Source of the DNA: Podarcis cretensis
Lineage: Eukaryota
Reading direction: 5' to 3'
DNA: 64,000 nt
NCBI GenBank assembly: GCA_951804945.1
Contig: OX638153.1
Coordinates: 50,964,001 to 51,028,000, forward strand
Made by a program: the position numbers and the translations under genes. This document shows positions 1 to 13,672 of this stretch, piece by piece (the first letter of the stretch is position 1; the number at the start of each line of letters is the position of its first letter). The notes beneath the pieces are model-generated. The model had not been told where the DNA came from and ran no database searches. It saw nothing but the letters and a program-made list of their open reading frames with translations.

Positions 1-1080
1 TTGTTTTTGTGTGAGGAAAAAAATTCTTCAAAATATTTACTTTACAGCTGGAAAAAAAGGTCTGGTTGGTCAATCATAAATATTTCCATAGAATAATATT
101 TTGCTTTTTATTTGCCTGATGATACTTTACTGGCCAAGGTAAATTTAAACAATTACATATAGGCAGTAGAAAGATACTGTTCTCATGAAGCTGGTGCAAA
201 GAAAAAAGATAAGTTGACTGTCAAATCAGTACTGCATTGAGACAGCTGCAGTCGCAAAGGATGAATAAAGACAGATAAGCAATTATTTTTGACAGAAGTT
301 TAATACTGCCGGCGAACGACTAATGAAATAAAAAAGTCACTTAAACAGAAGACTATTGCAAAGTATCAAAACAGAATTACTCCTTTAAGAAAACTTGTAA
401 TGAATTTCCAACCTGCCTCTGAGGGCTCATTGTGGGTACCAACACACCAAAGCAGCTCAGCAAGCAAAATATAAAAATGTTTCTGGAAAATATGGAATAC
501 TATAGAAATTCATTACAGTGTTCATGGTTCAACAGACATGAATATATTAAAAGCCAGCTAGATCACTGGACGGGACAGGTGGGCAGGACCTTTTTTTTTA
601 GCAAGCCCTGCATTTGTTTGAAAGCACATCATTTAATCAAGATTTCAATGCAAACCTCATCATGAAAAAGGAATGAGTTTGCATCAGAATTCCCTGCTAA
701 AAGGAACAAATATTTGTTTTAGCAGGCATCTGCATAGAATTCTGCCAAACTGAGCAGAGTTTAACCCCTGCTTATCGGCTGATGCCCGGTGTGTGGGTGT
801 GGGTGTGTGTTAAAACCTGTTGCCTTGGCTGTACAACCAATGCAGGATTTAACACTGTCCTACCACCCACCAGCTGGGGGAAATGGCCTTGGTTTTCAAA
901 CTGGGCAGCTTTGCAGGGTTAACCTGCTTTAAAGAGTTAGAAGTTGTAACTCCACTGGACACTACTAAAGTTGTGGCATTCAGTCAGTTTGGACCATGGC
1001 AAAGGATGTTAGGAGTTGGAACTCAACAATATCTGGAGGGACACAGGTTCCCCATCCCTGATTTAATAGGTAAGGTTAAT

Positions 1081-1190
1081 TAGGGCTGCCATATGTCTGG
1101 ACTTTCCCAGACATTACTGGTATTTCAAAGGCGGAATGTGGATCTTAAGCAAGCCAATCAAAAAATCGCTCAACAACTATAGCAACCCTA
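1081..1190. mobile_element. Short degenerate hAT-Blackjack-like MITE
   Basis: Ends TAGGGCTGCCATA / TATAGCAACCCTA; no clear TSD. Confidence 0.5.
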
Positions 1191-1382
1191 TAAATTAAAA
1201 CATATTTTCTTTTTACTTCTCTTAAATAAAACAGCACTGTGTTTTTTATATTTAAACTTTTGGACAGTACAATTTTACAGATGGTGGGAATAGTTATTAA
1301 TATAGTAGTGCTAATTCTCTATTGGGACAAATGCAATAAAAAGTTCTAATCAATAGCTATTGCCCTCAAGATTTTGGACCCC

Positions 1383-1384
<2 letters not shown>

Positions 1385-1451
<67 letters not shown>
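1385..1451. repeat. Compound microsatellite (CA)n(GA)n
   Basis: Directly visible. Confidence 0.95.
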
Positions 1452-1456
<5 letters not shown>

Positions 1457-2497
1457 GAACACAATCATGTTTTTCTTCACTTGCTACTTTGCCTCACTGG
1501 TTTCAAGCGCTTGGCTTAGTTCTTTCTGGAATATGCATGCCAATCTTCAAAGCCATGCCTGTACAAGCTGCAAATAATTACCATTGATAAAATTACACAT
1601 ACCCTATTGGATGTGATAAAAAGGTTAGTTATTTGAAATAACCAAATACTTTTTCTATATTTTTTATCTCACTATTATGTACAAGGTTACTTTAAATTTT
1701 ATGCAACAATAATTCTATCATCATGTGTAAATCAAATATTCTGCTTACAAGGCCATTATTATAATGGGAGGCCTGTAAGAGATTGACAAAAACATTTAAC
1801 CCATTCCTATATTATGTTAATATATAGAACGTGCATTTCCTTACATAAAATAGAAACATGGCTGCAAGTTTATATTATCAATGAAACTTAGAACCAATTC
1901 ACACAGTAAGTATATTCTGCATGCAAGCATTCCAGGCTCCTCCTTGGTCACACATGTGCCTTCGTGAAATATAAACTGGGCTGCAGGTTTTTCAGTGAAT
2001 ATGGCAGCTGAAAACACTGTTGTCACAATAACATGCTTCAGCAAATGCTCTAGCCACCACCAAAGGTGAAATGCGCAGCTGTATGACCAAGGTGACCAAT
2101 GAGCCTTGAGCAAAGAAGGCCAAACTAGCAAGCCCATTCCTGGCTTTTAGGCATTTTCTGTTCCTAAGGAGGGGTGAATATAGGACACAGCTGCCTGAAC
2201 AAACTCACAGCACTTGCAGGCAGTGGCACTCAATGCTTCAGGAAAGGTCAGGCAGGGATCGCTTCCGCATCACTGTCTCAAGGTGCATAGAGCACTTTCT
2301 AGCAGCAGCACCCAACAGTGCATGTTTCCCCCTTTTCCTTGAGAAATATTGATAGGGTGCTGACAACTACAACTGACTGCATAACCAATATCTCTAGGCA
2401 AAACCTGTGCACACTTGATTATAATAGAATGGCTACCAGAGGTTTCCATGCCTGATTCACATTAATACTCCCCATCCACCACAGGGGTACTCAAATA

Positions 2498-2704
2498 CAG
2501 TGGTACCTCTAGTTACAAACTTAATTCTTAACTAGAGGCATGCTTTCGCTGATGGGGCCTCTTGCTGCTGCTGTGCCACCAGGACACGATTTTCGTTCTC
2601 ATCCTGGGGCAAAGTTCTCAACTCGAGGTAACCCTTCCAGGTTAGCAGAGTTTGTAACCTGAAGCATTTGTAACCTGAGGGGTTTGTAGCTCGAGATACC
2701 ACCG
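2498..2704. mobile_element. Tc1/mariner (Tigger-like) MITE
   Basis: TA TSD and TIR CAGTGGTACCTC; five copies of this family are in the window. Confidence 0.88.
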
Positions 2705-3614
2705 TACAGGAGAATTTGACTGTATGAACTGGTTTTAGCTGAGGTTAGATATAGGTATAGATAGACATACACACATATAAAACAATTAATTTCAAAAAGC
2801 ATAATGTGTATTATTAGATTCATATACAAATTACTTGCAATAGAAACATCTCCTTGAAGCAGTAGCAAGGTAGCAGGTGCACTATAACATGAGCTTTCAA
2901 AAACATTGAAAGGATAAAAATTCCAGTGTTCTCAGAATATAACCACTATAAACATTACCAAAAAAGCCCAGCACTGCACAAGTGAAGGTTCATATAACAA
3001 AATAGGTCAAGTTTCAGCACCTGATATATGGACTAAATGAAGTGCTGACAGTATCCAAGCACACTTCTCCATTCCTTAAATAATTTATCTCCAGCAGAAA
3101 TCAATGAAAATCTAATAGTATTCTGCTGTATCTCAAACAAGCCAGTAGAAACTCAGCTCAAACTACAGTACTCCCAGCTTTGTATGTGTTGTAAGCGAAC
3201 AATGTCCTATAAATGACAAATATGAAGGTATCTGATAGGATTCTCTCCTAAGACAACTTAAATTGATAAGCATGTTTCAAATATTCTTGGAACCAAGGAA
3301 ACAATGGTCATAAAAAAACTCTATTAGACAGCTATAGAAACATTACAATTAGGGGGAATTAGATAAGCAACTATCTCAGCCATCGCTCTCAATTAAATAG
3401 AATTATAACCTTGCATAAAATCTATGGAAATTGAGGACATTCCAGCACATGAGCAAGTTTGCAAAAAAAAAAAAAAAAAAAAAAAACCAACACCACAAAA
3501 AAATCCTTAAAATTTGGTAAGACAATGATCCTATATAGGCTGTGGGAAAGGCCATATGGGTGGTGACATACATGTGGAGGAAGTAACATTTGAACCATCC
3601 TTTGGCATATGTAT

Positions 3615-3994
3615 GGGAAGCGGGTGGCACTGTGGTCTAAACTACTGAGCCTTGGGCTTGCCAATCAAAAGGTCAGTGGTTTGAATCCCCGCGATGGGGT
3701 AAGCTCCCGTTGCTCAGTCCCAGCTCCTGCCAACCTAGCAGTTCGAAAGCACCGCAAAAAGTAGATTAATAGGTACCGCTCCATCAGGAAGGTAAATGGT
3801 GTTTCCGTGCGCTGCTCTGGTGTTGGTGTTCCGTTGCGCCAGAAGTGGCTTAGTCATGCTGGCCACATGACCCGGAAAAACTATCTGCGGAGCGGAAAAC
3901 GCCAGCTCTCTTGGTCTGTAAAGCAAGATGAGCACCGCAAACCCAGAGTTGTTCACGGCTGGACTTAACTGTCAGGGGTCCCTTTACCTTTACC
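3615..3994 (+). mobile_element. Sauria SINE (older subfamily)
   Basis: tRNA-like head (GGTGGCACTGTGGTCTAA...GGTTTGAATCCC), (ACCTTT)n tail and TSD CCTTTGGCATATGTA. Confidence 0.92.
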
Positions 3995-5930
3995 TTTGGC
4001 ATATGTAAAAAGCTCCCAAAGTGCTGATGATGCAGAGGCCACAACAGTTTTCTAAATCACTCAAGGTGTGTGTTCTGTCACTAAAATGCCCATGCATGCC
4101 ACGCACCTTGAGTACACTGAAACATATTGTCCCTTTATATGCTGGCATTCACCCAATGATCTGCAAGGTATTGTCCTTTTAACTCCCAAATTTTTCTCTA
4201 CCTGCTTGAATCTCAAGATCTGAGCCTCAAAAGAATAGGTGATGCTGGGCACATAAAAGCTGCAGAGTACTTGCTATGAGGTCAACCTCTCTTTGTGAAG
4301 CAGCAGTTGCTGTAACACACACTCTCATCTAAATAGGCCTAATCAGGCTCAGTGAGCGTATCATGAAGTTCAAGGCCTGACTGACTTGTACTAACAGCAA
4401 ACGCAAAAGCACATAATTTTCATTTTCAGCTATTTATTTTCATAATGAAAGTCTATCTATCTGAACAGAGTGAAATTAGAGTGAGGTGATGTCATATTGT
4501 ATTGCAAAGGATGCATGAACAGAGATGAGCAAAATCCCTGACTGCTGCAGATTCAGTTACCTCTGATTATCGTGATCTTTCCCTGTATCAAGGGGATGAC
4601 AAGGGGATGCTGTGATTCTGGGGATGAAGGTACTAAAAGTGGAGGAAGCAGCTTTCCTGGGGGGCGGGGTATAGAAGCAGCAGACAGCACAGTGAGAACA
4701 AGAACTGGGAAGAAATGCCCTAACAGGTCTCTAGCCTGGGGAAGGATGGATGGATGGAAGAAAAGAAATCTAATAGTGCAGAAAGATTTGATGATTTGAT
4801 AAAACTTGAGAAATGGCAATCTAGCTCAAAATATATGAAGCATAACAAGGCACTTATTGTATTATCAAAGTAGTGATTTTATTAATAATAGTGTGATTCT
4901 ATTTAATAATTACATTTTTAAAAACTCAGAAGCTACTTTCAATCACTATGAGAAAAGTAATGAATAAAGTAATAACTGCAGCCCCATTATGAAGCCATTG
5001 ATTCTCTTTCTGGGAGATGGGAATTGAGAAGAAACAGCAAAAGCTAACATAAGCTTGTTGTCTTTCTAGGAATTTGGAAAATGCATCTTCCTACATTGAT
5101 CAAGTAATCATTGTTACTGCTCTTTCAAGCAACTGCACTTTTCTAGCTAAAAGCAAACAGAAAAGATTTGGCTGACATGAGGTTCAAAGCCAAATACAAA
5201 CATTTTCCTGATTTCATAACTGAAAATAAGCCTGCACAGAGAGAATTTTGCATGTTTTATGTCACCCATACTACTTTGAAAGAGAGGCAGCATTCATACA
5301 CATCAAGCTGCTGCTCTGAAGCAAGGCAAACTTATATTATATTCAGGCTAATCAACAATCACAGTAAGAAAAGACACAATAAAAATAGCACTTATGCCAC
5401 AAATGGGGCTGCTTCCTCCCGTATTCATGAATATGTTGAACAAACAGAGCTAGCCTATCATAATCTGTAAACAGAATAAAGAAGAGAAACACACTGGCAA
5501 TTTATGGTCAGGTAGAACCACTTTAATATAGTGCATCAGTTTTTAAAGTCATTGTTACCTACAACCTAGTTCAGAGTTTTAACTTAAGCCTTCTGAGGTA
5601 GCCAGCTAAAGCTTTCTAATGCTGCATGTGTCTTCTAACTTCTCACTTTCTCATATATATATATATTTATGACAAGCTTCTAATCAACAATTACCCCCAA
5701 GAAGACAAAGAATTTCTACCTACATTCTGAGCCACAAGATAGATGATTATCATGCAATGTGCTTTCTGGGGCACTGGTCTGCTTAGCAAAAATAATTGTA
5801 TCCTGCTAAAAATAATTTAAGCTGCAACCTCTGACAGAAGAAGCAGAGGCAGGTTACTTGGCATTCTCACCCTTTTAGCAAACATTATATCAGGGCAAGT
5901 CATTAGCTGCATACTACTTTAAAGTAGTAT

Positions 5931-6287
5931 GACGCAGGTGGCGCTGTGGGTTAAAGCCTCAGCGTCTAGGACTTGCCGATCGAAAGGTCGGCGGTTCGAA
6001 TCCCTGCGGCGGGGTGCGCTCCCGCTGCTCGGTCCCAGCGCCTGCCAACCTAGCAGTTCGAAAGCACCTCTGGGTGCAAGTAGATAAATAGGGACCGCTT
6101 ACCAGCGGGAAGGTAAACGGCGTTTCCGTGTGCGGCTCTGACTCGCCAGAGCAGCGATGTCACGCTGGCCACGTGACCCGGAAGTGTCTCCGGACAGCGC
6201 TGGCCCCTGGCCTCTTAAGTGAGATGGGCGCACAACCCCAGAGTCTGTCAAGACTGGCCCGTACGGGCAGGGGTACCTTTACCTTTA
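5931..6287 (+). mobile_element. Sauria SINE (young subfamily)
   Basis: A/B boxes and ACCTTT tail; near-identical to the copies at 33270, 44110 and 56118. TSD TACTTTAAAG. Confidence 0.93.
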
Positions 6288-6508
6288 CTTTAAAGATTCT
6301 TTGGGGAAAGAAAAGCATACTCCTGAAAGTTAAAAAGTCATCCTCATGCCAACTATGGAGGTAGTCATCTGCACACCAGGGCTTCCTTTGAGCCTGGTCA
6401 CACCAAGTCTCAGTATCAGAATTTGTTAAGAAATGCCAAGGCTCAATCTTTAAACACAATACCATGTATTATTTATATGCTTTACAATAATTATTTATTT
6501 TGAAAATA

Positions 6509-6733
6509 CAGTGGTACCTCGGGTTACATACGCTTCAGGTTACATACGCTTCAGGTTACAGACTCCGCTAACCCAGAAATATTACCTCGGGTTAAGAACT
6601 TTGCTTCAGGATGAGAACAGAAATTGTGCTCCAGCGGCGCAGCAGCAGCAGGAGGCCCCATTAGCTAAAGTGGTGCTTCAGGTTAAGAACGGACCTCCGG
6701 AATGAATTAAGTACTTAACCCAAGGTACCACTG
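6509..6733. mobile_element. Tc1/mariner (Tigger-like) MITE
   Basis: TA-CAGTGGTACCT...AGGTACCACTG-TA. Confidence 0.9.
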
Positions 6734-7582
6734 TAGTTATCATCCTTTCTTGGAAGTCTGTAAAGGGGATTTAAATATATTGCATTTGTACAAGTTTTAT
6801 AGCTAGTCCAGCTATGAAGTCTATGGATTACAAATGTTTGGCAACTGAAGGCGAAAGACAGGGTTTGGCCAATTCATCTAAGGAGCACTTGCTTTTAATT
6901 GGCATTTGGCCTATAAGTAAATATAGGATTGCATTCCTAATATTTGTCTGTAGTGTACATTTTATCTTATGGGATATATAAATACTTTCATGTTTGTGAA
7001 CTCATAATTTAGTATTTCACCTTAACTCTTGCTCTTTAGCAGAGTATGGAACTTTTTTCTACTTCTATTTTAGCAAACAACATTAAGCATATCACCAAGA
7101 GAGTCCATCGGTGGAAGAAGGCCCCCACCCTAGATTGATTAGAAATCTGGCTCAATCAAAAGAGCTAAGAAGACAGAAAATACTTTTTTTGCAACGCAAA
7201 AATTTTACAAGCAATTTTTCTTTACTCCCATTGTACTTTTAATAATCACCGAACAAAAACACAGAATTGTAGCGTTCAAAGGGTCATACAGTCCAACCTC
7301 CAACAATATAAGAATCACAGTTAAAGAATCCATGACACATGTCCATCCAACTTCTGTTTAGAAACATCCATAGAAAAAGAATCTTCAAAACACAGTACTG
7401 TCTGAATACCAACTGCTTCATGAGCCCCCACTACTCCACGATCTGGCCTAGATTCTGAGGTAGCCCCACTACCATCACAGAGGTGGGGAAAGAGTGACGC
7501 CACAAAGTTTGGCACTATTTCCCCCATGTTTTAATACCAAGCTGACTGTTTAAAAATGAATGATCATATCCTCAGGCAGGTC

Positions 7583-7752
7583 ATAGATAAAAGAAATGTA
7601 GACTTGAAAGGAACCACAAGGGTCATCTGGTCCATCTCCCTGCAATGAAGGAATCTTTTGTGCAGCGTCCACAACCCTGAGATTATTTTGCCCAACATGG
7701 GGCTCAAACCCAGAACTGAGGTTAAGAGTCTCATGGTCTACTGACTTAACTG
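7583..7752 (-). mobile_element. tRNA-Lys-derived SINE with CR1 3' tail
   Basis: 7690-7752 is a decayed reverse complement of tRNA-Lys(CTT), joined to the CR1 3'-end motif (GAAAGGAACC..GGTCATCTGGTCC). Other or truncated copies lie at ~10190, ~30570-30700 and ~37086. Confidence 0.75.
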
Positions 7753-8472
7753 TAAATTCTCCCCCACTGCCATCCCATTCTCTAGGAATAATCTCCTTCC
7801 TTTGAGGGCTCCTCTCATCTCTTCACTTGACCCTGTTTCTGTAACTTAAAATTTCTGGACAATTTCTTTAGTTCAAGCCAAGGTTGTAGTGATTAGAGAT
7901 GTTATAATTTATACATCCTAGTGTTTTAACTTAAATTATTCATGTGTGCTGTCAGCTTTAATTGCACTTCACCATAGCTTTTGACTTAGTATAGAAAGTG
8001 TCTGAACCACTCCTATTTGTGGATTTCATAAGATAAAAGGAAACTTTATTTCCCTTTCCCCATGTTTTACCTTGCAAGTGGGAGAGAAGAGAAAAGAGGA
8101 ACATAAAACATTAAAATTACTGGATATCTGGTCAACAAGCAAGTAGGAACAAACATAAAATGCATTTTTTCTGTGGCCAAACTATAGGTTGCAATGCACA
8201 GAACTATCATCTAACGGCCCATTTTAAATTTGCATTTTAAACCCTGTGGAGGCAATGCTGTAAATATTGAGCAGAGGTGAAGTGTTGTGCCCCCTTCTCT
8301 AATTGCTCCCACTGGAAGCTATTTTCCCTTATATAAATGAACCATCACATTACAGGCCTTTGCATTTAACTTGTGTCTTGTTCAGCCTTCTTAATTTTAA
8401 AAACAAATATGAACAAGAGATGATCAGTCTGCCATTTTCTTCAGCCTGATTTATTCATCACGGGCAATCCTG

Positions 8473-10020
8473 TTATTATTATTTATTATATACCACCCTA
8501 TACCTACAGGTCTCAGGGCAGTTCACAAGATAAAATCACAATATTAAAAACATGAAATACACAATCAAAATAAAAACAAAAGCAACCCAATAACCTCCCC
8601 TCAAACACATTTCAAAAGGGCATTAGATGTTAATCAGCCAAAGGCCTGGTTAAAGAGGAACGCCTTTGCCTGGTGCCTAATGAATGCACCAAGTGAACCT
8701 CCCCTGGGAGAGCATTCCACAAACGGGGAACCACTGCAGGAAAGGTCCATTTTCATGTTGCCACCCTTCAGACCTCTCATGGAGGGAGCAAACAAAGAAG
8801 GGCTTCAGAAGATGATCTCATGGTCTGGGTAGGTTCATATGAAAAGATGTGGTCCTTGAAGCATTGCAGTCCTGAGCCATTTAAGGCTTTATAGGTCTAA
8901 ACTACGGTTACCAGACTTTTTTCAAGGCACTGCCAGGGACAAGGGGCATCACAGCACCTTCCTTGCTCCCCCGTTAAACTCACCATCTCTGCACTGGCCG
9001 TTGGAGAGAGAGGAGGGAGAGAAAGCAAAGGAGCCCGCCCGCCTGCCTGCCTTCCTCCCCTCCGTTTCCCCCTCAGCCTTCACTTTTGTGCCTCTTTGTT
9101 CCTGTGAGAAGCCACCACCGCACTCCATCTCTATCTCGCAACGCAGCACAGCTCTTTTCTATGCTTCTCCTCCTCTTCTTCACCACCTCAGCGCCTCGCT
9201 CGCCCCCCCCCCAACTTGGGTTCTTCTGCTGTGGGCGGCTCTGCCTGAGTTCAGGGTGAGCATTGATCGAGGAAGCGAGCCAGAAGGAAGCTCTCTGTCT
9301 CGCGCCTCGGTTTAAATAGCCCCCCCCCCCCCGCCAGCGGATTGACTAGCTGGAACTGGCTGTTGCCTTGCCGGAAGTCCCCAGGCATAAATCCGGGGAC
9401 ATTACTTAAAATCTGGGGACATTCCGGGGACAGATTTTGTCCGAGAATGGATTGGTGAATCCGGGGGCTGTCCCTGTGAATCTAGGGACTGTCCCCAGGA
9501 ACCGGGGATGTCTGGTAACCCTAGTCTAAACCAGCACTTTGAATTGGGCCTGGAAACTAATTGGTAGCCAGTGCAGCTGGGCCTAGATAAGTGTAATATG
9601 CTCAAAACTGTCTTGCCCCGGCGAGCAACCTGGCTGCTGAATTCTGTACTAGATGAAGTTTCCGAACTGTCTTCAGAGGCAGCCCTACGTATAATGCATT
9701 GCAGTAATCTAACCTTGAAGTTACCAGAGCATAGGCTAGTTGGGCTATCCTTGTCCAGATAAGGGCACAGCTAGGCCACCAGCTGAAGCTGATGGAATGC
9801 ACTCTGTGCCACTGAGGCCACTTGAGCTGTGGCAGCAAAGGATCCAGGAGTACCCCCAAGCTATGAACCTGCTCCTTCAGAGGAAATGTAACCCCATCTA
9901 GAACAGGCAACCTCCCAGTCATCTGGTCAAAGAAACCACCCACTAACAGTTTCTCAGTCTTATCTGGATTGAGTTTCAGTTTGTTTGCTCTCATTCAGTC
10001 CACTATCGAGACAAGATACC
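8473..10020 (-). mobile_element. L2-clade LINE 3' fragment (ORF2 C-terminus and 3' tail), interrupted by a hAT element
   Basis: Translation includes MRANKLKLNPDKTE and LVTSRLDYCNALYVGLP...LVQNSAARLL with frameshifts. An L2-type 3' end with a (TAA)n tail lies at ~8473-8530. Confidence 0.9.
8903..9523. mobile_element. hAT-Blackjack-type non-autonomous DNA transposon
   Basis: TIR TA(C/G)GGTTACCAGA, 8-bp TSD GTCTAAAC and subterminal CCGGGGAC repeats. Confidence 0.88.
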
Positions 10021-11930
10021 GTTCCTACAGCTAGTAAACATGGAAATCCCTTAAAATAAGGGATTGTTATTCAGCCTCCACAGTGGGCACATGTCTCAGA
10101 TACATACCTTCTAAGAGTCTCATGTAGTTAGATCTTTAGACACTGGCAATAGTACATCTTGGCAAATTCATCCAGTAACTTATAGTCATAGACTCACAGA
10201 AATGTAGCGTTGGAAGGGACCATGAGGGTCAACTAGTTCAACTCCCTGCAATGCAGGGGTTTTTTTGCCCAATGCGTTAGTGTACTATAATTGTATATAG
10301 GCTTTCTTAATACATCCTGTACTGTAGCTGCTGTTGCCTGACTTTTCACTGGTATTCCAATTTAACAATCTATTGCCTTGCCACATATTGATATAGATTT
10401 AGTAAACAATTGATAAACTGAGAAACAACAATAAGACAATGGGTTACACTTCTAAAACAAACCCTATAGCTAGAGCAGCAAGCTCAAATTTATGGACAAC
10501 AATGGTCTAAAGTACTTTCACAAGGCTTTTTTTTTATAAATGCAGAGACAACCTAAGACTGCAAGATAATTTGTGGAAGCACCATGAGTTGCAACAGGAG
10601 AAGAAGCTGTACACTACAAATTACAGGTGATAAAATGAATACTGCATATATAATTAAACACTGTTGTCACAACTAGCAATGAAAAGTTACTCTGAGTAAA
10701 GGTTTTCATTAAATTCGTTTTATTTTTTAAAATATGGCCACCATCCATATTGGTAATTGTATGTCAAAGTTTGGCCTGTGGATCTCTGTATTTGAATTCT
10801 TGTTTCTAGCTTGTTCAAATTTTACAGTAATATACTTCAGTGCTCCACTCATTTGAAATAATCATATATTTCTTTCTTCCCCAGCCACTAATAGGAACAC
10901 AGATGGCCAGTGGAAAAATTGGTACATGCTTTTCCATGTGAAAAATTTAATTTCTGCAGAGAATTCAAAATGGGAGGCCCAAGGCAAACAGAAGAGACTG
11001 AACATTAAATAGAAGTAAGTGTTTGGCTGATCTTCTAAGTTGCAAAGGAAATATAAAGTGGCAGTCAAATGGGAAAATGAAATAAAAACTGTTATGGCGT
11101 TAAAAAGAGCATGAAAGCATTTGTGGACCATATACATATTCCGGAAACCACACTGTAAAAAAAGAGCATAAGCCTATGGATGTTTACATAGACATAAGCT
11201 CCAATGAACTCAATGGGACTTACTTCCAAGGAAACAGGCGTAAGATTCCATTGCATATTTATTAATTTTACCTTTTTCTAGCATGTAAGAGCTTAATTTA
11301 TCAGTTTTTTGTAGAAAGATAAATGCAGGTGCATCTGTCACAGACCAATTCCTTGAAATAATTTCTTCAATCCTGTGAAAACCAGTAAAGGTCTATTAAA
11401 GACCAGGGACTTCCCATCCATGCAAGAAGCAGTTTTCCTTTACTCTTGGGACAAACTGATGCTGGACGTTAAACATCTGGTGCACAGAAGCAACACTCAA
11501 AAATTCAAAACTCTTGGAATAATCAGACACGTTTATTGTATGATTTCTTTTTTAGTTTTCAAAAAGTTTGCTATATAAATGTTTTTAATCTACTACTAAG
11601 GAAAATTTCAAATCTTAACTTTCTCTCTCTCATGTGTCCTCAGTGACCTCTGTGCTGCATAATTTTATATGTTTTTCCCCCCTTTCAGCCAGACCTGCTA
11701 CATTACACTAACAAGGATGTTTTCAAACACAGTCATGTCTCGTCGACAAGAACCTTTCATCTCACTTATGTAGGACAAGCAATATGAACTGGCCTACTGC
11801 AAAACCTAGTTTACTTGCAAGGCAGTGAAGGAATATAATCCTTGTACCATTTCAGAAACAGACTCAGACTAACTTCCAAGCTCATTTTCTTATACAGCAG
11901 TGAACACTATTAGTCCTCTGCTTTCCATTA

Positions 11931-12130
11931 CAGTGGTACCTCGGGTTAAGAACTTAATTCGTTCTGGAGGTCCGTTCTTAACTTGAGGTCCCACTTTAGC
12001 CTCCCGCTGCCAATGCGCCACCGCCGCACGATTTCTGTTCTTATCCTGAGGCAAAGTTCTTAACCTGAGGTACTATTTCTGGGTTAGCGGAGTCTGTAAC
12101 CTGAAGCATCTGTAACCCAAGGTACCACTA
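11931..12130. mobile_element. Tc1/mariner (Tigger-like) MITE
   Basis: Same family with the same TIRs. Confidence 0.88.
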
Positions 12131-12733
12131 CATAAAGTTCAGAACCAGCTTTGATTCTCCTGGACCTACTTCTAGAAAAAGTTACTTTTTTGCAGCACAG
12201 ATTGACTCATACTAATTCATACTATTTTTTTATAATTGCACACTGAGTATGTTTATTGATCCTGGTACTTATTTTTTAATGCATTTTCTCACACTTGCCT
12301 CATTATCGGCTTCTGCTCCGTATGATCAATTTGTCTCAAATCAGTCATTGAAAAATATTTGTTATTCATTAACATTATCCTTTTCAAATCACTTTCAACC
12401 TCATATGAGTTAGATCACAGTACAATCAAATGATTTTAGTAGGTCACTAAAAAAATTGCAGATTCAATAAATATCAATCTAATCCCATCCAGATAATCAC
12501 TGTATTTTACATTAAATGGGAACATTATACAAAGAAGCTGTTCTATGATTCCCTGAATTAGTGGTGAGACAGTCTCTGGTTTGTATTTTTTCTATCTTTG
12601 CTGATGCAAACAGTTATTTTTTTTCAGCCTCTGCACCACATCTACAATATTTTATATTGACATTTTTAAATGTCACCAATCAGCTAAAAAATAATAAAAA
12701 TCCCAAGGCAGTGCACAACGAGCAACAATAAAT

Positions 12734-12860
12734 ACAGGGCTCTTTTTCAGCCGGAACTTACCAGAGTTCCAGCATGTCTCAGGTGAGTGCTATTGCCAAG
12801 AGAACAAGGGAGGTGTTCCTGGTGAGTTCCAGCACCACTTTTTCTAGAAAAATAGCACTG
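12734..12860. mobile_element. Short hAT-like MITE
   Basis: Imperfect TIRs CAGGGCTCTTTTT / AAAAATAGCACTG and an internal repeated GAGTTCCAGCA. Confidence 0.55.
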
Positions 12861-13536
12861 AATAAATATATAAAATAATTCCACCACCCAGTGGCACCAA
12901 CTTGGCCCCCAGACCGTGGGCACCCAGTGCACGCATGTCACACCGCAACATCATGACCCCACATCAATGCGGGGTGCACACACATTCTGGAGACTGGGCC
13001 AGCACCTGCACCTCTGCCATGGCGCCTTTTTTGGGGCCCACTGCAGCAGCGGAAGCACCCTAGACACATGTCCACAACCAGAGCAGGCCTGAACACAGGC
13101 CCCGCAGTGGAGGCGCAGACCCCGGCCCAGTTGCCACCAGAGCACCAGAGGTAAGGCAGTGATGGGCAGAGGGTGCCAGAGGCCAGGCACCCACAGCAGA
13201 ATTTTTGTGGGTGCCTGGGGCATAGTCACTCCATCCTCCCACCAATAATGCTACAAGAGGAAACTGGCTCCAGTTAATGTATTCCCACTGAAACCAAGAG
13301 AGAATCCAAAAGGACCCCCTTACCATCATGTTCACCTCTTTTTTCCCACCACATCAGAGAAGATGACTTATAAGAGCCCTGCAGCCAATCAGAGCACATC
13401 ACCAGAAGCATACAAGATTTCATAGAATCATAGAACAGTAGCATTGGAAGAGTTCTCAGGGGTCATCGAGTCCAATTTCCCACCTTTTTTCCAACCATGG
13501 CCCCCTTCTGACCTTGTTTCCTTCCTGTGGCCCCCT

Positions 13537-13672
13537 CATGGGCGTAGCCGGGGGGCAGGGGGGCAACTGCCCACCCTAATAAGTAAAAATCAAATACAAA
13601 TCAATACAAATCTGAGGTTCTGTCCTCCCTAACAAAGACCTACCCCCCAGCAAAAATCCTGGCTATACCCTT
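13537..13672. mobile_element. hAT Tip100-like MITE (relative of the 42209 copy)
   Basis: CATGGGCGTAGCC...AAAAATCCTGGCTATACCC, collinear with 42209-42336. Confidence 0.7.

Noticed and set aside
6128-6465. Recurring ORFs (…KVKVKVPLPVRASLDRLWGCAP…) at 6.1, 33.4, 44.1 and 56.2 kb as a gene family
   Set aside because: They are translations of Sauria SINE copies.
7690-7752. Functional tRNA-Lys gene
   Set aside because: It is degenerate, with indels in the arms, and fused to a CR1 tail. It is a SINE head.
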